A stretch of 64,000 bases of DNA from an uncultured Methanosarcinales archaeon (GTDB taxonomy: Archaea > Nanobdellota > Nanobdellia > Woesearchaeales > GW2011-AR9): NCBI GenBank assembly GCA_964464055.1, contig CAYXEO010000002.1, positions 22,145 to 86,144 on the forward strand. The letters run 5' to 3'. The translations under genes were made by a program, and so were the position numbers. Shown in pieces: positions 58,344 to 64,000 of this stretch. The notes beneath the pieces were generated by a model. That model was not told the origin of the DNA, did no database searches, and worked only from the letters and a program-made list of their open reading frames with translations. Position 1 is the first letter of the stretch, and each line of letters starts with the position of its first letter.

Positions 58344-58474
58344 GAAAACAAAGGTTTCCCCCCGCACCCCCCTTCCAAAACCATTTAATTCGCTAATGCT
58401 CATTCAATACTTTGGTTTAAAGAACAAAATAAAGAAGAAACAATTACAATAACACGCGCGCAAGCGCCCGCGCG
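58344..58474. repeat. composite intergenic element R1: gaaaacaaaGgtttCCCCCCGCACCCCCCttcc ... aacaattacaataac ... CGCGCGcaagcgccCGCGCG hairpin
   Basis: Sharply GC-rich islands in an AT-rich background. The opposite strand reads GGGGGGTGCGGGGGG. The CGCGCG/CGCGCG hairpin sits 3 nt beyond the cdc48 stop. Compare R2 at 63451-63534. Confidence 0.8.
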
Positions 58475-58477
58475 ACC

Positions 58478-60826
58478 TTAACCAAAATAGTCTGCTTTTT
58501 CTTCAATTTGTTTGGCTCGGGCAGAACTAAAATAATCTTTCAATTTCAGATAACTTTCTTGCACTTTTTCATCCACACTTGGTCGAACTATTTCCATCGC
58601 TTGATTAAAATGTTCCATGGTAACTTCTTTGGCATCAGTATTTTCTCGTAATGCGCACATGGCAGCTTCTCGACATACACCTTCAATATCGGCACCAACA
58701 TACCTCTCTGTTTTCCTAACTAACTCTGTAACATCAACATCTTTCATTGGTATTTTTTGTAGATAGATTTCAAAAATTTGTTTTCGACCTTTTTCATCTG
58801 CTACTGGTGTATAAATCATCTGGTCAAATCTTCCTTGTCGTAACAGTGCTGGATCAATCATTTTGGGTCTATTTGTTGCGGCAAGTATAATCACATCATT
58901 CATACTTTCTAATCCGTCCATTTCTGTTAATAAAGTATTAATTGCATCCATTCCGCTTGAGTTACTTTTATTCATTTCACTAAATTCTCTACTTGTTGCA
59001 ATAGAATCAAATTCGTCAAAGAAAATAATTGTTGGCGCTGTTTCTCGTGCCTTTCTAAATATATTTTTAATTATTCGTGGAGTTTCATTGACCCATTTAC
59101 TTAACAAACTAGGACCATTGACCAAAATAAAGTTAGCTTCACTTTCTTTGGCCACAGCTTTGGCAAGCAAAGTTTTCCCTGTGCCTGGTGGACCGTACAA
59201 AAGTACTCCTCGTGGTGGCCTAATTCCCAGTTGCTTGAACCTTTCTGGGTTTTTAAGTGGCCATTCCACAGCTTCTTTTAATTTGTTTTTAACATCTTGT
59301 AACCCGCCGATGTTTTCCCAACCAACTTCCGGTGTTTCAACCAAAACTTCCCGCATAGCGCTCGGTCTAACAACTTTAAGTGACTCTTTGAAATCTTTTT
59401 GTGAAACCATTAGTTTGCTTAATATCTCTGGTGGGATAGGTTGCCCCTCTTCAATACCTGCTTTTTTAAGATCGGGCAAAATTCTTCTTAACACTACCAT
59501 AGCCGCTTCTTTGGCCAAAGCGTTCAAATCTGCGCCAACGAAACCGTGGGTAACTTTGGCGATTTCTTTCATGTTAACTTTTTTGTCCAACGGCATGTTC
59601 CGAGTATGAATTTTAAGAACTTCTAACCTGCCTTTTTTGTCTGGAACACCAATTTCTATTTCTCTGTCAAACCTGCCTGGTCTTCTTAGTGCTGGATCCA
59701 AGACGTTTGGCATGTTGGTGGCCGCGATAACAATAACTTTCCCTCTGTTTTTTAGTCCATCCATAAGCCCTAACATTTGGGCAACAACCCTTTTTTCCAC
59801 TTCACCTTTAGTTTCTTCCCTTTTGGTAGCGATCGCATCAATTTCGTCAATGAAAATTATTGATGGTGCATTTTCTTCTGCTTCTTCAAACTTTTTCCGT
59901 AAATTTTTTTCTGATTCGCCGTAGAACTTGCTCATTACTTCCGGACCATTGATTAAAATAAAATGTGAATTTGTTTCACTTGCTACAGCTTTCGCCAATA
60001 AAGTTTTCCCTGTACCTGGCGGACCATGTAACAAGACTCCTTTCGGCGCTTCGATACCTAACTTCTCAAATATTTCTGGGTGTTTAAGTGGTAATTCGAC
60101 CATCTCCCTAACTTTTTTAATTTCGTCTCCTAACCCGCCGATATCTTCATAGTTGATACCTAAACTGATACTTTCTTCTTCTTTCTCTACTGCTTGAGGT
60201 CTGAAATCAATAAATGTGTCCTGGTTAACAACAACAATTTCTTGTTTCGGATCTGTACTAATAACTAACAATTTCAAATCACCGAACCCTAACCCGGCAA
60301 ATTGTTCTTCTAATGCTGAGAAGACATTATCTAACCCTTGGCTTTGGTTTTGTGACCCTTGAGATGGTTGTGGCATCCGCCTTTTAGCTCTCCCGAGCGA
60401 AACCAAATCCCCTTTAACTAACGCTTTACCCATTAACCCCTGCTTAAAAAATACTGGGTGAGCTTTGATCATGATACCTTTTTGTGCAGGCGCGATAGTG
60501 ATTTTCTTCGCCGGTTTAACTTTTGCTTTTTTGACAGTAACAATTTCACCGATAGATGTTTTAGCGTTCCTTCTGATGTTCCCGTCCATTCTAATTATGT
60601 TAAGTCCGATATCTCCCGGGTATGCTCGGTCAACTAAAGCCGCGGTTTTTCTTTCTCCGTTAATTTCTATGAAGTCACCAGGATTAACTTGGATTTGTTT
60701 CATTAAATTAGAATCAATTTTGACGATACCTTTGTTAACATCGTCCTGTACGGCTTCCATAACTTTAAGTTTCAGTTCTGGAGCAGAATTGTTTGTGTTA
60801 TCGTTTGTATTATTATCTATTGACAT
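58478..60826 (-). CDS. cdc48: CDC48/VCP/p97-like AAA+ ATPase (N-domain plus D1 plus D2)
   Basis: Two AAA cassettes, each with [20 protein letters not shown] and a second-region-of-homology/arginine-finger segment. The N-terminal double-psi barrel region. 782 aa. Confidence 0.9.
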   Translation of the reverse strand: MSIDNNTNDNTNNSAPELKLKVMEAVQDDVNKGIVKIDSNLMKQIQVNPGDFIEINGERKTAALVDRAYPGDIGLNIIRMDGNIRRNAKTSIGEIVTVKKAKVKPAKKITIAPAQKGIMIKAHPVFFKQGLMGKALVKGDLVSLGRAKRRMPQPSQGSQNQSQGLDNVFSALEEQFAGLGFGDLKLLVISTDPKQEIVVVNQDTFIDFRPQAVEKEEESISLGINYEDIGGLGDEIKKVREMVELPLKHPEIFEKLGIEAPKGVLLHGPPGTGKTLLAKAVASETNSHFILINGPEVMSKFYGESEKNLRKKFEEAEENAPSIIFIDEIDAIATKREETKGEVEKRVVAQMLGLMDGLKNRGKVIVIAATNMPNVLDPALRRPGRFDREIEIGVPDKKGRLEVLKIHTRNMPLDKKVNMKEIAKVTHGFVGADLNALAKEAAMVVLRRILPDLKKAGIEEGQPIPPEILSKLMVSQKDFKESLKVVRPSAMREVLVETPEVGWENIGGLQDVKNKLKEAVEWPLKNPERFKQLGIRPPRGVLLYGPPGTGKTLLAKAVAKESEANFILVNGPSLLSKWVNETPRIIKNIFRKARETAPTIIFFDEFDSIATSREFSEMNKSNSSGMDAINTLLTEMDGLESMNDVIILAATNRPKMIDPALLRQGRFDQMIYTPVADEKGRKQIFEIYLQKIPMKDVDVTELVRKTERYVGADIEGVCREAAMCALRENTDAKEVTMEHFNQAMEIVRPSVDEKVQESYLKLKDYFSSARAKQIEEKADYFG

Positions 60827-60967
60827 ATACCTTCACCCGTTGGAGGTGGGAGTAAAGGTTTTATATAAATGTTATGAGTGGTTTGTGCCTGTCTTGTTTT
60901 TGTAAATGTTGTAAATTTGGTGTTTCTTATAGGAATATTCAAATAATATGGCGTTTTATAGCACCAT

Positions 60968-61178
60968 ATGACCACCACGATTCAAGTTAGCCAAGATTTA
61001 CTTTCTGAACTGAAGAGTAGAAAGATGTTTGAACAGGAACCTTATGAAGAAGTTATTTGGTGGAAAATATTTTCGGTTAAGAGTAGGTGATTATAGGGTG
61101 GTTTTGGATATTATTAATGATGTTTTAAGAATTCATGTAATAGAAATAGGACACAGTAAGAAAATATACAAAAAATAA
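60968..61178 (+). pseudogene. RelE/ParE-family toxin gene disrupted by a frameshift
   Basis: Frame 1 (60968-61090) reads MTTTIQVSQDLLSELKSRKMFEQEPYEEVIWWKIFSVKSR*. A shifted frame (61044-61178) reads MKKLFGGKYFRLRVGDYRVVLDIINDVLRIHVIEIGHSKKIYKK*. Spliced together they reproduce the RelE pattern (..L..L.K.......EP...+KL.G...yRLRVGDYRvvy.i.d..l.i..i.HR+.iYk). The frameshift is near 61041-61046. Confidence 0.6.
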
Positions 61179-61179
61179 A

Positions 61180-61722
61180 TTACGCAAGTTCTCTTTTAAG
61201 AATTTTATGCGCATTGTTGATTTCTTTAAATTTGTCTATGTCGCCACCGTCCATGTCTGGGTGATACTTTTTAGCCAAAACTTTGTACTTTTTGTTAATT
61301 TCTGCTAAATCTAATGACTCTTCTTCAATACCTAACAATCTCCTGGCATCTTTTCTTTGTTTTTCTATATCTTTATCTTCCATGAACACTCTTAAAAAAT
61401 CGTCAAGTGACTTTTGTCCAGATACAAACAGGTCAACTTCTTTCTCGATAACTTTTGATGCTACAAATAAGTTTTGTGCATAATTAAATTCTGGGTTTTG
61501 GTATGTGTAAAACATGTTTTGCCAATCGAAAAAGAATTCCACTTTTGCTGGGACTTTTCTGCTTGCTAACTTCGCCAGTTTAATTTCACAATCGTCTTCT
61601 GTTAATCCAATTTTTTTAAGTGTTTTAATAATATCGTTCTTGTACTGTTGAGACCTTCTTAGAAACGAATCTCTGATGGTTGCTAACTTGATTTCGTGCC
61701 CTTTAACTTTTATAATTGTCAT
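61180..61722 (-). CDS. J-domain protein (C-terminal DnaJ J-domain, HPD motif)
   Basis: The C-terminus INKKYKVLAKKYHPDMDGGDIDKFKEINNAHKIL is a canonical J-domain helix II-III with HPD. The N-terminal ~110 aa are of unknown function. Confidence 0.7.
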   Translation of the reverse strand: MTIIKVKGHEIKLATIRDSFLRRSQQYKNDIIKTLKKIGLTEDDCEIKLAKLASRKVPAKVEFFFDWQNMFYTYQNPEFNYAQNLFVASKVIEKEVDLFVSGQKSLDDFLRVFMEDKDIEKQRKDARRLLGIEEESLDLAEINKKYKVLAKKYHPDMDGGDIDKFKEINNAHKILKRELA

Positions 61723-61755
61723 TTTTATTATCTCTAGAATATTCCTATTATTTTC

Positions 61756-63345
61756 CTAATCTCTTCGTTCTTTTCTTTTCCGAGATTTTTTATCCTCTTT
61801 ACTGAACTCGTGATTATGATTTTTTCTTCTTCTTTCACGACGATTTGGTCTTTTCCCTTCTCTGTTACTTGTGCTTCTGTTACCTCGACCATTTCCTCGG
61901 TCATCTCTTCGACCACTTCCTTCTTTTCTATCGTTTCTTCTTCTGCCTCTATCTCCTCGACCACTACCTTTACCACTTCGTCCACGGTTTCTTCTTTTTC
62001 CACCTCTTGGACTTGAGTCAAGGTGACTAACTTCTTTCAAATCTTTATAATTACCTGGGTTAAATTCGTTTTTAAAAACGTACTTAAGAATTGCAGAAAC
62101 CACTTCAATAGGATCTTGGTGATCAAGTAACTCTTCCGCTAACGGAGTAAACCTTTGCAACTTTTTCTTCTCAATGATGTTCATCACGGTCAGTTGTAAC
62201 TTATTTTTTTTAAGTTCGATAAGTTCTTTCACGGATGGTAATTTTTGTTTTTCAATCTTGATTTTGGATATTTTTTCAATGAACCGTAATTTCCTTACTT
62301 CGCTAGGCATTACAAAAGTAATTGCTGTACCTTCTTTCCCTGCTCGACCAGTTCTACCAATTCTGTGTGTGTAAGCTTCTGGACTTTGTGGTACTGAGAA
62401 ATTGATTACATGCGTTAAATTGTTTACATCAATACCTCTGGCAGCAACATCTGTAGCAACCAAAATGTTAATCGTACCTGTTCTAAACAGTTTCAATATT
62501 TTTTCTCTTTGTGCTTGACTAATATCACCATGTAACGCAGTAGCATTGTACCCTTTTTCAGCTAAATGTTGTGCAGTGGAGTCCACCATATGTTTAGTGT
62601 TACAAAATACAATCCCATGAAAATCGTGGTTCAAATCAATGATCCTTTTTAACCCTTCAACCCTATCTTTGGCAGCGATACTGTAACATATTTGTTTAAT
62701 TAAATCTGTACTTTGATGAGTTTGTTGAATCTCAATCATTTTGTATTCACCCATGAACTTTTTAGCAATAGCAAGAATTTGTCTGGGCATTGTTGCTGAG
62801 AATAATAGCATCTTTTTGTAACTGTTAGTTTCACTTAATATTTGTTTGATATCATCAACGAAACCCATGTTTAACATTTCGTCAGCTTCATCAAGTACCA
62901 TGAATTGGATCTTGTCCAACATTAAATATCTTCTGTTCATTAAATCCATAACTCTGCCCGGTGTTCCTACAACAATATCAACACCTTTTCTCAGTTGACT
63001 CATTTGTTCCCTGATATTTGAACCACCATAAACTGCTAATATATTAAGACGCTTATCACCTTTCATCGATTCAATATCTTTACTAACTTGGATAGCTAAT
63101 TCTCTGGTTGGTGTTAAAACGATTGCTTCAACTGTTCTAGAATTCCCTTTCAATTTTTCAATTATCGGGATAGCAAAACTTGCAGTTTTCCCTGTCCCTG
63201 TCTGTGAATGTCCTACAACATCATATTGTGAACTAAGTAGTAAAGGAATAGCTTCCTTTTGAACTAGTGTTGGCGCTTCAAACCCTTTCTTTTTAAGAGT
63301 TTTAAGCATGTTTTCTGATAATCCTAATTTTTTAAATTCTTCCAT
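61756..63345 (-). CDS. DEAD-box ATP-dependent RNA helicase with an Arg/Gly-rich C-terminal tail
   Basis: Q motif, GSGKT-type Walker A (GTGKT), DEAD, SAT, HRIGRTGRAG. The RG-rich tail reads RGGKRRNRGRSGKGSGRGDRGRRRNDRKEG... Confidence 0.9.
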   Translation of the reverse strand: MEEFKKLGLSENMLKTLKKKGFEAPTLVQKEAIPLLLSSQYDVVGHSQTGTGKTASFAIPIIEKLKGNSRTVEAIVLTPTRELAIQVSKDIESMKGDKRLNILAVYGGSNIREQMSQLRKGVDIVVGTPGRVMDLMNRRYLMLDKIQFMVLDEADEMLNMGFVDDIKQILSETNSYKKMLLFSATMPRQILAIAKKFMGEYKMIEIQQTHQSTDLIKQICYSIAAKDRVEGLKRIIDLNHDFHGIVFCNTKHMVDSTAQHLAEKGYNATALHGDISQAQREKILKLFRTGTINILVATDVAARGIDVNNLTHVINFSVPQSPEAYTHRIGRTGRAGKEGTAITFVMPSEVRKLRFIEKISKIKIEKQKLPSVKELIELKKNKLQLTVMNIIEKKKLQRFTPLAEELLDHQDPIEVVSAILKYVFKNEFNPGNYKDLKEVSHLDSSPRGGKRRNRGRSGKGSGRGDRGRRRNDRKEGSGRRDDRGNGRGNRSTSNREGKRPNRRERRRKNHNHEFSKEDKKSRKRKERRD

Positions 63346-63450
63346 TTTTCATTATTAATTGGTGGTTACTAATTATTTAAAGCCACCCCTTATAAAGCTA
63401 TGGGGTGTTTTTGTGTTGAAAATTGACAAATTACTAACAAACAAAAAAAA

Positions 63451-63534
63451 GAAAACAAAAGTTTCCCCCCGCACCCCCCTTCAAAAATAAAGAAAAAACA
63501 ATTATAGAAACCCGCGCGCGCCAGCGCTCGCGCG
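63451..63534. repeat. composite intergenic element R2: gaaaacaaaAgtttCCCCCCGCACCCCCCttc ... aacaattatagaaac ... CGCGCGCGccagcgctCGCGCG hairpin
   Basis: Same motif order and orientation as R1 with a shorter spacer (33 versus 82 nt). An additional TTCGCGCGAA palindrome lies at 63578-63587. Confidence 0.8.
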
Positions 63535-63665
63535 AAACAAACAAATCTTGAAACCACTTGAATCTGGACACTTTTGGTTCGCGCGAAATTATTAAGAGGT
63601 GAAAAGTGAAGGTTACTATCAACTTTCCCTATTAAATCCCTCCTAACCATTATTTTTCGAACTTT

Positions 63666-63953
63666 TCACCTCGGAATAATTTCGTAAACATTATTACCAA
63701 TTTTCTCTAACCCAAACTTTGACAAATCCTGCAAAAAATTATTCTGTTCCTTTTTCCAACTATAATTAGCTTTATCGGAACAGAATAATTTTCCGTCAGG
63801 AACCCAGTAAGATGCATCAAGAATTAATAAGTTACCAGGTTGCATGTTGCGAGTCAAATTGTCAACAGCAGTTTTACAACCGTACAAATTGAATCTTGGT
63901 AACAAATTGAGACAATAAATAGCGTCAAAATTTTCTTGCACAGGGCTTTTCAA
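63666..63953 (-). CDS. hypothetical protein (95 aa)
   Basis: ORF from the track at the window edge, with no recognisable motif. Confidence 0.25.
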   Translation of the reverse strand: MKSPVQENFDAIYCLNLLPRFNLYGCKTAVDNLTRNMQPGNLLILDASYWVPDGKLFCSDKANYSWKKEQNNFLQDLSKFGLEKIGNNVYEIIPR

Positions 63954-64000
63954 TATGTCATGAACAAAATATTCGCACTTCCGTTTAATTCCTTTGGTAA

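Noticed and set aside
58863-60152. Several plus-strand ORFs (58863..59609, 59637..59924, 59928..60152, 60465..60905) opposite cdc48
   Set aside because: They are antisense shadow ORFs within a strongly supported AAA+ gene. Their proteins are low-complexity S/L/P-rich and lack motifs.
61734-62030. 95-aa minus-strand ORF and plus-strand ORFs (61810..62016, 61845..62030) overlapping the 3' end of the DEAD-box helicase gene
   Set aside because: They are alternative-frame readings of the RG-rich tail coding region. The repetitive E/V/K translation is a frame artefact.
63390-63650. 86-aa and 62-aa minus-strand ORFs
   Set aside because: They run through the GC-rich R2 repeat element (C6GCAC6 motif and CGCGCG hairpin). 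The coding potential is most likely spurious.

Overview
This is a visibly AT-rich archaeal chromosomal segment. The archaeal assignment rests on intron-containing tRNAs with relaxed bulge-helix-bulge hairpins, an archaeal-type ProRS, FtsZ plus SepF, diphthine synthase, deoxyhypusine synthase, CDC48, r-proteins S6e and L11, and an archaeal METTL5 homolog. The gene content (class II LysRS, a bacterial-type MutL endonuclease with no MutS, an Hsp70-less J-domain protein, huge glycosylated surface proteins, secreted proteases) suggests a DPANN-like or similarly streamlined archaeon; that lineage call is inference only.

Most of the window is housekeeping: proS, lysS (class II), argS, ppdK, a branched-chain aminotransferase, a Ski2-like helicase, a P-type ATPase, cdc48, a DEAD-box helicase, and an operon dhs-decarboxylase-agmatinase for hypusine and polyamine synthesis.

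The most interesting non-housekeeping content is:
- A surface-structure locus at 48.2-53.6 kb. It holds three tandem paralogous 5-TM membrane proteins with a shared N-terminal motif, two divergently oriented coiled-coil proteins, and a 775-aa FlaI/VirB11/GspE-family secretion ATPase carrying a long N-terminal extension. No canonical FlaJ/TadC platform or class-III-signal pilin is visible.
- A conserved archaeal GTPase / small protein / Zn-ribbon three-gene module at 17.7-19.3 kb.
- A giant (2109 aa) FG-GAP plus beta-helix surface protein directly downstream of two tRNAs.
- Several footprints of past mobile-element activity. The 3'-terminal 15-23 nt of tRNA-Ser and tRNA-Arg plus the T-rich trailer are each repeated about 70 bp downstream of the tRNA. 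A tyrosine-recombinase fragment with an internal stop lies at 55.3 kb. A frameshifted RelE/ParE toxin gene lies at 61.0 kb. A composite direct repeat (C6-GCA-C6 / G-quadruplex-capable motif plus a CGCGCG palindromic hairpin) brackets the 5-kb cdc48 / J-protein / DEAD-helicase block. A 101-bp near-perfect tandem duplication of a palindrome-containing promoter region sits upstream of the METTL5 gene.

No rRNA genes and no CRISPR array were found.
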